Of a stretch of DNA of 34,410 bases, positions 1 to 9,129 are shown piece by piece. The position numbers were made by a program, and so were the translations under genes. Position 1 is the first letter of the stretch. Every line of letters starts with the position of its first letter. The DNA is from Bacteroidota bacterium (lineage in GTDB: Bacteria > Bacteroidota > Bacteroidia > Bacteroidales > PXBB01), in the NCBI GenBank assembly GCA_022708385.1, contig JAKIYU010000001.1, forward strand, positions 1 to 34,410, written 5' to 3'. The notes under the pieces were generated by a model. It did not search any database and was not told the origin of the DNA. It saw only the letters and a program-made list of their open reading frames with translations.

Positions 1-427
1 AATAGGCTTTGTTGATTTTATTAATCCCGCCTATTTTATTTAATGGTAAACGTACTACGCGCGACTGGTCGGCAATAGCTTGAAGTATGGATTGACGAAT
101 CCACCAAACGGCATAGGAAATAAATTTGAATCCTCTCTTTTCATCAAAGCGCTGAGCCGCTTTCATAAGGCCTAGGTTGCCTTCGTTTATAAGGTCGGGT
201 AAACTCAATCCTTGATTTTGGTATTGTTTTGATACAGAAATCACAAAACGCAGATTCGACTTAGTAAGCAGTTCTATAGCAGCGGCATCCCCTTCTTTTA
301 TCCTTCTGGCCAGCATAACCTCCTCCTCGGGAGTAATCATCTCAATCTTGCTTATTTCCTGTAAGTACTTGTCGAGGGAGGCTGTTTCCCTGCTTGTTAC
401 TTGCTTGGAAATTTTTAACTGTCTCAT
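1..427 (-). CDS. rpoD: Primary sigma-70 family RNA polymerase sigma factor. About 142 N-terminal codons are present; the 3' end runs off the left edge of the window.
   Basis: Absent from the ORF track because there is no stop in the window. My minus-strand translation from ATG 427..425 reads [142 protein letters not shown]. The NLRFV...GL....DLI.EGN.GL..A..RFD...G.KF.tYA.WWIRQ pattern is sigma-70 region 2. Confidence 0.85.
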   Translation of the reverse strand, partial: MRQLKISKQVTSRETASLDKYLQEISKIEMITPEEEVMLARRIKEGDAAAIELLTKSNLRFVISVSKQYQNQGLSLPDLINEGNLGLMKAAQRFDEKRGFKFISYAVWWIRQSILQAIADQSRVVRLPLNKIGGINKINKAY

Positions 428-585
428 TTTTTTAAAGATTAAGTATGCTAAAAGACGAAACTGTTAAATAATAGTTGCTTAATGTCAATATATACTATAG
501 AAATTTATATGTAAGACACCAACATTATGCAAACTTTTTGTAATTTCGTTGAAAGCATTAAACCATTCAATAATTCACTTGACAA

Positions 586-1851
586 ATGGAATTCAGAAAG
601 CACCAGCCCCCAATCAAACCAATAGATAAGGTGGTATTACCCGTACCGGAAGAAATGATGTTGGGAAAAATCCCTGTATATATTTTTCCTTCGGATAACA
701 ACATACTCAGGCTGAAAATTTTTTTTAAAGCGGGCACGTGGTATCAGAAAAAACCCTTGCAGGCATTTTTTACAAATAAGATGTTATGCGAAGGAACCGT
801 TAACTTTAGTTCGGAAAAGATTGCCGAACATATTGATTTTTATGGCGCAAAATTAAACTTTGCAGTTGATGATGACTGGGCTACTGTAACCTTGCTTGTG
901 TCGCTTAAAAATTTCGGACAGGTGCTTCCCGTATTGGCAGAGATGATTTTTCAACCGGTGTTCCCCGAAAAAGAATTTAAAGTTCAAAAAGATATTACAT
1001 TTCAGAATTTTATAATTAACAACGAAAAAGTGGCCACACTTGCCCGGAATTATTTTCTTGAAACGCTCTATGGCAATTCAAATTATTATGGCTACAGAAC
1101 TAAAAATGAGGATTTTAAAAATATCGAAACAGAGACACTAAGCGCTTTCCATAAGCAACATTACCTACCGGAAAATGCCATGATAATTTTAACAGGGAAG
1201 TTGGGTACATCAGAAATAAATTTGCTGCAGAAATATTTTCTTGTAGAAAGTACAACCAAAACCCAAACAACTTCCTTTACGCTCCTGTTTAAATCTGGAG
1301 ATAACAGAAAAATATACATACCAAAAAAAGATGCTCTTCAGGCTGCTATAAGGATAGGCAAAGTATTGTTTAACAGGACACATCCCGACGATATGGGTTT
1401 CAGATTTTTGAACGTAGTTCTTGGCGGGTACTTTGGGTCGCGGCTGATGAGTAATATAAGGGAGGATAAAGGCTATACCTATGGCATTTATTCTAGTCTG
1501 GTCTCAATGCAGCAATCAGGATATTTTTCTGTGTTTGCCGAAGTCGGTGCTCCCGTTTTCAAAAAAGCAACACATGAAATATATAACGAAATAAAAAGGT
1601 TGCAGGATGAAAAGATTGGTGAAGATGAGCTTGAAACTGTAAGGAGTTATATTTTAGGAAACTTTTTAAGAAATATTGATGGCCCTCTTAATTTCTCAGG
1701 AATATTTGAAAATGCGCTTTTATATGGCTATGATGTTAACTATTTTAATGAATATTTAAAAACTGTAAAAACGATGAACGCCAACACGCTGCTTGGCTTG
1801 GCACAGAAATATTTGGATGCCGAAAGCATGTATGAGGTTGTGGTAGGCTAA
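586..1851 (+). CDS. M16 (pitrilysin/insulinase) family peptidase-like protein, probably the non-catalytic type
   Basis: 421-aa ORF with M16-like segments (e.g. GSRLMSNIREDKGYTYGIYS). No HxxEH zinc motif occurs anywhere in the ORF. No obvious signal peptide. Confidence 0.65.
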   Translation: MEFRKHQPPIKPIDKVVLPVPEEMMLGKIPVYIFPSDNNILRLKIFFKAGTWYQKKPLQAFFTNKMLCEGTVNFSSEKIAEHIDFYGAKLNFAVDDDWATVTLLVSLKNFGQVLPVLAEMIFQPVFPEKEFKVQKDITFQNFIINNEKVATLARNYFLETLYGNSNYYGYRTKNEDFKNIETETLSAFHKQHYLPENAMIILTGKLGTSEINLLQKYFLVESTTKTQTTSFTLLFKSGDNRKIYIPKKDALQAAIRIGKVLFNRTHPDDMGFRFLNVVLGGYFGSRLMSNIREDKGYTYGIYSSLVSMQQSGYFSVFAEVGAPVFKKATHEIYNEIKRLQDEKIGEDELETVRSYILGNFLRNIDGPLNFSGIFENALLYGYDVNYFNEYLKTVKTMNANTLLGLAQKYLDAESMYEVVVG

Positions 1852-1880
1852 ATATGTTTTGTTGTATGAAACTTTTTTCA

Positions 1881-1888
1881 TAATTTTG
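1881..1888 (+). promoter_or_regulatory. Candidate Bacteroidota sigma-A -7 box (TAATTTTG, matches TAnnTTTG)
   Basis: Exact match to TAnnTTTG, with its last base 77 nt upstream of the ATG at 1965. The identical octamer recurs upstream of ileS and of tRNA-Glu. Confidence 0.4.
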
Positions 1889-1964
1889 TGTTATAATATC
1901 GTAAACAATTTGTTAAGCAACGGCCTGTTATTAATACGTCTCGTACTGGTTCAATGTCATAAAA

Positions 1965-4900
1965 ATGAAATTTAATCACATCAAATATTCACTTGTAATT
2001 TTCATACTCCTTATTAGCAGCATCGCAGCTGAAGCCTCACATTACATGGGAGGTGAAATTACCTGGGAGTGTCTTACAAACGGACAGTATAAATTTACCA
2101 TGCGGGTTTACAGGGAATGTAATGGTATTCAATTCAACGCAAGTGAACTGATTACGGTTTATAATCATCCCACAGTTTCAAGTATTCAAATGACAAGGAT
2201 TTCGCAGATAGATATATCTCCGCAGTGCAATGCCATTGGCCCTCATATTACCTGTGCCAATGCACCACAGCCTAATATGGGCGCAATAGAAGAGCAAATT
2301 TATGTGTCTGCTCCTATCACTTTGGCTGGGGTACCCCCTGCACAGGGATGGATTTTTGCCTGGGGTTCCTGTTGCAGAAACCCTTCTACAAGTATTACAA
2401 ATGCTGCCAGCCAAGACTGGTTATTGAGAGCTATCATGTACAGTTATACACCTCCGGGCTCAACAACACCCAATAATGCCAACCCTTGTTTCGACAATTC
2501 TCCCATTTTTGCCGAACGCCCTTCAACCGTTATTTGCACGGGTTATCCCTTTACTTATAATCACAATGCATCCGACAAAGAACTCGATTCGCTGGCTTAT
2601 ACATGGGCTCCGCCCTTAACCGATTTAAATACACCTGTAAATACATGGGCAGCCGGCTATTCTTACAACAGCCCTTTGCCTGGAACTATACATAACCCCA
2701 ACAATGTGCCAGCTACTGTAAATCCCTATACAGGGGAAATATCTTTTACTTCCTATACCCAAGGGGCTTTTCAAACGGTAGTAAAGGTTACAGCCTATAA
2801 ATGCGGGCAAAAAGTAGCTGAGATATTCAGGGAAATGCAAATAGTATTATTGGCGTGCGGCAATAACAATCCCCCTGTCGTAACTGCCCCATTTCAAGAC
2901 CCTATTACCTTGCAATATACATCTTATATTGATACTGTTTATGCCGGGGCTCTTGTAACTTTTCCAATGTCGGGAACCGACTTTGAATACCTGCCCAATG
3001 GGCAGCCGCAAACAATGACTATTAAAGCATCAGGAACGCAATTTGGAACCAATTTTTCAAGCACTACTTCGGGCTGTCTTAACCCACCCTGTGCCGTGCT
3101 TACACCACCTCCTCCTATAGCAGGGCAGTTCGGTGTGCAAACAAACTTCTCGTGGCAAACTACCTGCGACCACCTGGTAGGCATTATGGGTTGTGGAAAC
3201 ACATCTAATGTTTACAACTTTCTTATAAAGGTGCAGGACGATTTTTGCCCGGCACCTGCCATAAATATCAGAACCATTACTATTGTGGTTCTGGCACCTC
3301 CTGTGCTTGATGCACCCAAACTACGCTGTGCGTCGGTTCAACCCAATGGTGATGTAACTTTAAGCTGGATCCCCCCTGTTGATAATTTCAACAGCTTTAA
3401 CAGCTACCTTGTTTACTCAGCTGCCAGTGCCGCGGGACCTTATACTTTGGTGGATACAGTACACAATATAGCAACTACTTCTTATACTCATACCGGTGCA
3501 AATGCACAAACTGCCAGTGTATTTTATTATATAAAAACACTGTCGGGATGCGGCGGCGCACCTTTTGTTTTATCCACATCATCTGATACTTTACAAACTA
3601 TACTTCTCTCAGCCACCAATTCAGGTAGTGGTGCTGCCCTGCTCGATTGGAATGCGGTACATAATCCTTTGCTGCCCACATCACACACATGGTATCACAT
3701 ATATAGGGAATATCCTCCGGGAACATGGGAATTGATTGATTCTACACAGGCGCTAAACTATACCGAGAACATAACTCTTTGCAATGCCGATATAAACTAC
3801 AGGGTGGAAATAGCCGATTCTTCGGGATGTGTTTGCGTGTCGTCTATTGATGGTGACCTTTTTCAGGACCTTACAGCCCCTGCCGAACCTGTGCTGGATT
3901 CGGTAAGTCTCGACCTGAGCAGTGGCAAGGCAGTCCTCGGCTGGACAGCTTCAACATCGCCCGATGCCGACGGCTATGTGGTGTATATTTATTCAGGAGG
4001 TATTTGGAATCCTATTGATACAATATATGGCGTAAATAACACATTTTACACTTATGCAAATTCCAATGCAGCCTCAGGCTCTGAATCTTATACCATTGCA
4101 GCTTTCGACAGTTGCATGAATATAAGTCCTATGGTGGATGAGCAGCACACCCTGTTCTTATCTGCACAACAGGATGTTTGTGCAGGGACTATCACGCTGA
4201 GCTGGAATCCCTACATCAATATGACACCCGCCTTAACAGGTTACCAGATATTGGTAAGCGAAAACAACGGCCCCTTAACACTGTTAAGCACCAATGCAGC
4301 AGGCGCAACAACTTATACCCATAGCAACCTGAATGCTTCATCAACTTATTGTTATCTCATCATGGCCTATAACGATGATGGTAAAACCTCCACTTCGAAC
4401 AAAGTGTGTATTGAAGCCATAGAACCTGAACAGCCGGAATTTGTTTACCTGAAATCGGCTACAGTTGTAAATAATTCTTATGTAGATGTGGCATTTTATG
4501 CGGATACATCGGCCTACATTTCTGCGTATAAGATACTCAGAGCCGACAATGCTTCCGGCCCTTATACACAGTTGACTGTTGTGCCCGGATCTAACCAGCC
4601 TGAACTAACCTATTCCGACCATTCGGCTATTGTTACTTACAGCAGTTATTACTACAAAGTGGTCGTGGTGGATACCTGCGGAAATGAAGCCCTGACCTCC
4701 AATATCGGGCGCACTATATTACTGATTGGCGAAAGCCAGGGCGACATGACCAACGAGCTTAGCTGGAACGATTATGAAGCCTGGTCGGGGAACGTGGAAT
4801 CTTATACCATTTACCGTAAAAACGGGTCTAATTTCCAACCGCTGATTAACATACCTTTCGGTACCAACAGCTATGTTGATAATGTGTCGAATTTTACCAC

Positions 4901-5279
4901 CACCGACGGGAAGTTTACCTATTATGTGGTGGCCAACGAAGCGCCCGGCAACATATACAATTTCATGGAAACCAGCACCTCCAACCACACCACGGTGAAA
5001 CAGGTATCCAAGATTTTTATTCCCAATGCCTTTGTGCCCAAGGGCTATAACACTGTTTTCAGGCCTTTTGGTGTTTTTGTGGACAACACCGACTATAGTT
5101 TTATCATCTTTAGCCGCTGGGGGCAGATTATCTTTGAAACCCAGGACCCCAACGAAGGCTGGGATGGAACTTACGAGGGCGAAGATGTGCCTTTTGGTGT
5201 TTATACTTACCTTATCCAGTTCCGTAACCCCGACGGCGTGCTGATACAGAAAAGAGGCACAGTGTCTTTGTTGAGGTAA
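1965..5279 (+). CDS. Large secreted multi-domain adhesin-like protein with a T9SS type B (gliding-motility-associated) C-terminal sorting domain
   Basis: 1104 aa with signal peptide MKFNHIKYSLVIFILLISSIAAEA. It has several FN3-like repeats, each carrying an (L/I)(S/D/G)W motif (DVTLSWIPP, AALLDWNAV, AVLGWTAS, ITLSWNPY, NELSWNDY). The C-terminal tail is IFIPNAFVPKGYNTVFRPFG...FSRWGQIIFE...GWDGTYEG...GVYTY...GTVSLLR, typical of the type B CTD. Confidence 0.8.
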   Translation: MKFNHIKYSLVIFILLISSIAAEASHYMGGEITWECLTNGQYKFTMRVYRECNGIQFNASELITVYNHPTVSSIQMTRISQIDISPQCNAIGPHITCANAPQPNMGAIEEQIYVSAPITLAGVPPAQGWIFAWGSCCRNPSTSITNAASQDWLLRAIMYSYTPPGSTTPNNANPCFDNSPIFAERPSTVICTGYPFTYNHNASDKELDSLAYTWAPPLTDLNTPVNTWAAGYSYNSPLPGTIHNPNNVPATVNPYTGEISFTSYTQGAFQTVVKVTAYKCGQKVAEIFREMQIVLLACGNNNPPVVTAPFQDPITLQYTSYIDTVYAGALVTFPMSGTDFEYLPNGQPQTMTIKASGTQFGTNFSSTTSGCLNPPCAVLTPPPPIAGQFGVQTNFSWQTTCDHLVGIMGCGNTSNVYNFLIKVQDDFCPAPAINIRTITIVVLAPPVLDAPKLRCASVQPNGDVTLSWIPPVDNFNSFNSYLVYSAASAAGPYTLVDTVHNIATTSYTHTGANAQTASVFYYIKTLSGCGGAPFVLSTSSDTLQTILLSATNSGSGAALLDWNAVHNPLLPTSHTWYHIYREYPPGTWELIDSTQALNYTENITLCNADINYRVEIADSSGCVCVSSIDGDLFQDLTAPAEPVLDSVSLDLSSGKAVLGWTASTSPDADGYVVYIYSGGIWNPIDTIYGVNNTFYTYANSNAASGSESYTIAAFDSCMNISPMVDEQHTLFLSAQQDVCAGTITLSWNPYINMTPALTGYQILVSENNGPLTLLSTNAAGATTYTHSNLNASSTYCYLIMAYNDDGKTSTSNKVCIEAIEPEQPEFVYLKSATVVNNSYVDVAFYADTSAYISAYKILRADNASGPYTQLTVVPGSNQPELTYSDHSAIVTYSSYYYKVVVVDTCGNEALTSNIGRTILLIGESQGDMTNELSWNDYEAWSGNVESYTIYRKNGSNFQPLINIPFGTNSYVDNVSNFTTTDGKFTYYVVANEAPGNIYNFMETSTSNHTTVKQVSKIFIPNAFVPKGYNTVFRPFGVFVDNTDYSFIIFSRWGQIIFETQDPNEGWDGTYEGEDVPFGVYTYLIQFRNPDGVLIQKRGTVSLLR

Positions 5280-5284
5280 GTGAT

Positions 5285-6910
5285 TTACAGCTTAACAAAT
5301 TTTCTTGTCCATCTTTGCTGCTGCGTTTCAACGCATATATAATACATTCCCGGAGCGAAAAGGGCAGCGTTTATTTTTATTTTGTTATTGCTCTTGTCCA
5401 GTTTGATGGGGATTTCATAAACTAAAGCTCCACAGAAATTGTAAATATTTATTTTTCCTGATTGAAAGTTTTCTGTGGTAGAAAAATTAACTTCAAAAAC
5501 ATCATTTACCGGATTTGGATACAGTTCAAAATAAGAATTTTTGTTTTCTTGTGTGGGTTTTAAACCGACACCGGTTTCCTGGAGGCGCATGAAAATTAAA
5601 TCATAATTTCCATTACTTGAATATAAGCTATCACCAATTTGCACTTCTGATTCATACATTAAGCCACAAAGTAATGAACCATCTGGCAGAACATTAACTT
5701 CAATAGTGTTAACTTCATTATTTGAAAGTGTTTCTTTTGAATTTAGAACTTCTGTCCAATAATAAATACCTTCTTTACTGAATTTTGAAATAAAGAAAGA
5801 ATATTTACTTGAGTCGGATGTGTAAAACAGGTTGTTTCCTAATCGAAATTTATATTTAAAAAGTCCATAAACAAAAACATTGTTATTATCTGTTGTGCTT
5901 TTAATTTCAGAAAAATTCGAATTACACATATTTAATTGAGGAATAACAGGATGAGGACATTCTTTGAACCCTTTAAATTTATGAGTCCATTCAATTTCGA
6001 AGTCACTGTTCATCTTAATTAAGTGTAAATTATTACTTGTTATGCTATCATTTTGATTTACCGTAAATAATGTGTCATTACCCAATATTGAAGTATAAAT
6101 ATTATTATCGTTGCTAATATGAATAGCGTCATAATCAAGAGAAAAATCCTTCACATGAAGCATCAAGGTATAATCGTTATCGTATTTAATAAGTCTTTTG
6201 GTATATGGAGATGGTGCGGTGGTATAATGATAGAAGTTTCCTGATTGATCTGTTTTGAAATTTATTAATACTGTCGTTTCAAGAGAGCGAAAAAAATCAG
6301 TTAATTGTCCTGAACTGTCAAGTTCTAGGACATAATATTTCCTATGAAATCCACTTTGTCTAATCGTATCATTATTTGGTAATACAATGTATGAGTAGAG
6401 ATTAAGAGCAAGATAAAGTTCCTCATTTTTTATGTCTAATGCAATATATTGGTTAGGATCTGTTCCGAAATCAGGTTGTGCAGTAATATATTCTTTACAC
6501 CATTGTATATTTCCCGAATAATTTATCTTAGCAAGTTTGTTTTTTAAACCCCAAGTGCCATGAGGCATTGAATGTGAAAAAATATAAATATCATTATTTG
6601 TGGTTGTTCTTAAAAATTGAGGTTTAAAATCTAATGAACTGTCAGGTTTTGACAACCAAATTAAATTACCATTTTGAGAAAATTTGGCAACAAAAGAACC
6701 ATTAACATAAAAAGTATCAATAAATACTCCTTTCAAATATCCTGCAATAATAATGTTCCCTTCGTTGTCAATTTGAATACAATCTTTTCCAAACCAGTCA
6801 TTTTCGGTGCCTCCGTAGTTTTTTATCCAAATAGGTTCTAAATTCTGTGAGTAGAGGGAGCTACATGTTAATATGAATATACAAATGGAATTATATAAAA
6901 GTGTTTTCAT
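5285..6910 (-). CDS. Secreted protein with a T9SS type A (Por) C-terminal sorting domain; paralogue of 6928..8532
   Basis: 541 aa with signal peptide MKTLLYNSICIFILTCSSLYSQ. It is collinear with the next gene (IWIKNYGG/IWVKSLNE, NGSFVAKFSQNGNLIWLSK/NGGFIAKFTPDGQLIWCTK, SFFISKFSKEG/SFFISKFDNQG). The C-terminal ~83 aa are YFELYPNPVNDVFEVNF...GMYYICV, a type A CTD pattern. Confidence 0.75.
   Translation of the reverse strand: MKTLLYNSICIFILTCSSLYSQNLEPIWIKNYGGTENDWFGKDCIQIDNEGNIIIAGYLKGVFIDTFYVNGSFVAKFSQNGNLIWLSKPDSSLDFKPQFLRTTTNNDIYIFSHSMPHGTWGLKNKLAKINYSGNIQWCKEYITAQPDFGTDPNQYIALDIKNEELYLALNLYSYIVLPNNDTIRQSGFHRKYYVLELDSSGQLTDFFRSLETTVLINFKTDQSGNFYHYTTAPSPYTKRLIKYDNDYTLMLHVKDFSLDYDAIHISNDNNIYTSILGNDTLFTVNQNDSITSNNLHLIKMNSDFEIEWTHKFKGFKECPHPVIPQLNMCNSNFSEIKSTTDNNNVFVYGLFKYKFRLGNNLFYTSDSSKYSFFISKFSKEGIYYWTEVLNSKETLSNNEVNTIEVNVLPDGSLLCGLMYESEVQIGDSLYSSNGNYDLIFMRLQETGVGLKPTQENKNSYFELYPNPVNDVFEVNFSTTENFQSGKINIYNFCGALVYEIPIKLDKSNNKIKINAALFAPGMYYICVETQQQRWTRKFVKL
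5541..5592. repeat. 52-nt segment identical to 7175..7226 (copy 1), inside otherwise diverged paralogues
   Basis: ttgttttcttgtgtgggttttaaaccgacaccggtttcctggaggcgcatga is present in both genes. It encodes MRLQETGVGLKPTQENK just N-terminal to the T9SS CTD. It contains a 6-bp hairpin, aaaccg-acac-cggttt (5562..5577). Confidence 0.9.
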
Positions 6911-6927
6911 GCGTGCTGTGTTTTAAT

Positions 6928-8532
6928 TTAATAAACAATAAGTTTTTTGATATTTGACTGATTATTAGCTTGTACCTTAACAAAATACAAACCAGTATTA
7001 AGTTTTGATATGTCAAGAATTATGGTTTGATTAGAGTTTTTATAATTTTCTTTTAATACACACCGACCTGTTATATCGAATATTTGTATTGTAAATTCTT
7101 TATTATTTTCTAAGTTAATATTAATTAAAACACTGTTATGTGCCGGATTGGGATACACCTCAAAATAAAAAGTCTTGTTTTCTTGTGTGGGTTTTAAACC
7201 GACACCGGTTTCCTGGAGGCGCATGAGTAAAGAACGAACAGTTCCGTTGCACATATAAAGACTATCACAAATCTGAACTTCTGATTTGAAGACTAAAAAA
7301 CAAATTAATGAACCATCATCTGAAATTTTTAAATCAAATGATGAATAATTTAAAATGTCAACATCTTCATAAGATTCAAATATCTCTGTCCAAAAATAAT
7401 TTCCTTGGTTATCAAATTTACTGATAAAAAAAGATATTTTACTTGAATCTGGTGTGTAAAAACTACTCCCCTCAATAGAAAATTTATATTTAAAAACACC
7501 ATAAACATAAATGTCATTGTAATTAGAAATAATTTTAACTTTCCCAAAATCAGTTAAACATCTTAAAATACTTGGAAGTTGGGGTAAAGGACATTCTCTG
7601 TATCCTTTAAACTTTTTTACCCATTCTTGTTCAAAAACATTATTATATTTGACAATAAATAAATTGTTATGTGTTATCGTATCATTGAAGCTAAATCCAA
7701 AAGATGTATCAGAACCTATTTTAGAAGCATAGACATTGTTTTCATTGTCTAATGAAAAGTTTTCATAATAATATTGAAAATCTTTAACATTCAACATTAA
7801 ATTATAATTATAGTTATATTTGATTAATCGTGATCCACCATTAGGTTTTGAGGTTAAAAAATAATTGTTGCTATTTTCATCAATTTGATAATCTTTTAAA
7901 ACGCTTTGTTCTATTGGAGTAAAATTTCCTGTTAATGCCCCATTTGTATCAAATTCAAGGATGTGATATTTGTTACTTGCATGAAGTGTATCACCAGATG
8001 GTAAAACAAGATATGCTATGTCTAAATACCAAGCAAGATAAATTTTTTCTAACCCACGAATTTCTAAACTCACCATTTCTGATTCATAAAAAAAACCTGA
8101 GTTTTTATATTTGAATGTTTTAACCCATTGTTTTTCTCCATTAGAATTTAGTTTTATCAGTGCAGTGGTAATAAAGTCCAGATTATAATCTATTCTTGAA
8201 AAAACATAAACATTATTATTAATATCAATTTCCAAAAATTTTGGGTCAAGATTTAAAGTTGAATCAGATTTTGTACACCAAATTAATTGACCATCAGGTG
8301 TAAATTTAGCAATAAAACCTCCATTAACACTAACAGTATCAATATAAGATGGAATACTGGCATAAGCTCCAACTATAATATTCCCATCTGAATCTATCTT
8401 TAAAAAATTTTGTTCTCCCCAGTTGCCTGTTATTTCATTCAAAGATTTAACCCAAATCCGTGATAAATTTTGTGCATAACTAAAATTGATGCTAACAAAT
8501 AAAGTAAAAAGAATATATATTATTTTTTTCAT
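6928..8532 (-). CDS. Secreted protein with a T9SS type A C-terminal sorting domain; paralogue of 5285..6910
   Basis: 534 aa with signal peptide MKKIIYILFTLFVSINFSYAQ. C-terminal FYFEVYPNPAHNSVLININ...GLYFVKVQ...KKLIVY. It lies 17 nt from the downstream paralogue and 9 nt from the upstream fragment. Confidence 0.75.
   Translation of the reverse strand: MKKIIYILFTLFVSINFSYAQNLSRIWVKSLNEITGNWGEQNFLKIDSDGNIIVGAYASIPSYIDTVSVNGGFIAKFTPDGQLIWCTKSDSTLNLDPKFLEIDINNNVYVFSRIDYNLDFITTALIKLNSNGEKQWVKTFKYKNSGFFYESEMVSLEIRGLEKIYLAWYLDIAYLVLPSGDTLHASNKYHILEFDTNGALTGNFTPIEQSVLKDYQIDENSNNYFLTSKPNGGSRLIKYNYNYNLMLNVKDFQYYYENFSLDNENNVYASKIGSDTSFGFSFNDTITHNNLFIVKYNNVFEQEWVKKFKGYRECPLPQLPSILRCLTDFGKVKIISNYNDIYVYGVFKYKFSIEGSSFYTPDSSKISFFISKFDNQGNYFWTEIFESYEDVDILNYSSFDLKISDDGSLICFLVFKSEVQICDSLYMCNGTVRSLLMRLQETGVGLKPTQENKTFYFEVYPNPAHNSVLININLENNKEFTIQIFDITGRCVLKENYKNSNQTIILDISKLNTGLYFVKVQANNQSNIKKLIVY
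7175..7226. repeat. 52-nt segment identical to 5541..5592 (copy 2)
   Basis: Direct comparison of the two stretches base by base. Confidence 0.9.
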
Positions 8533-8541
8533 TTTTTATAA

Positions 8542-8943
8542 TTAATAAACAATAAGTTTTTTAACATTTGTTGCATTGAGAGATTGAATATTAACGAAAT
8601 ATAGCCCTGCTTTAAGTTCAGAAATATCCAAATTAAATCTGCATTGTTCAGGTATTATATCTTTTTTTTGAAGCACAATACGACCGGAAATGTCAAATAT
8701 TTGTAAATTAAAATTGTTACAAAATTCGGTATTAAAAGTGATTGCAATAGTATTTGCTGATGGATTTGGTGTTATATAAAAATCTAAATTATTTTCGTTT
8801 AATTTACTTATATTCATTGGAGAATAGTAAGCATAAATTGAATAAGCAAAATCTAAATCATCGAGTGGTGGATAAAAACCATAATTAGAAATATCATATA
8901 AATATCCTTTAACAGTAATATTTTGATTATCACACCCAACCAT
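8542..8943 (-). CDS. Short protein that is little more than a T9SS type A C-terminal domain; probable truncated paralogue or gene remnant
   Basis: 133 aa. The C-terminal part, DFYITPNPSANTIAITFN...LQIFDISGRIVL...GLYFVNIQSLNATNVKKLIVY, is close to the CTD of 6928..8532 (same KKLIVY end). There is no signal peptide. The frame stays open upstream to 9021 but contains no ATG there. Confidence 0.5.
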   Translation of the reverse strand: MVGCDNQNITVKGYLYDISNYGFYPPLDDLDFAYSIYAYYSPMNISKLNENNLDFYITPNPSANTIAITFNTEFCNNFNLQIFDISGRIVLQKKDIIPEQCRFNLDISELKAGLYFVNIQSLNATNVKKLIVY

Positions 8944-9129
8944 AAAACTATCAGGCCAAACAAATCCTGTTGACGTGTCATAAATTTTTGGTTTTAATAA
9001 ACGTAAAGATAAAATAAAAAATTAAAAAAACAAATTATTTATTCAAAAAATCATTATAGAACTTATAAAAGAATATGTATATGTGAATTTATTTAAATTC
9101 GCATAAATTATATTTAAAAAATAAGAAGG

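Noticed and set aside
8944-9021. Upstream extension of the 133-aa T9SS-CTD ORF that might restore a signal peptide
   Set aside because: The frame is open to 9021 (FFILSLRLLKPKIYDTSTGFVWPDSF) but contains no ATG/GTG/TTG start in a position that gives a credible signal peptide. I kept the fragment interpretation.
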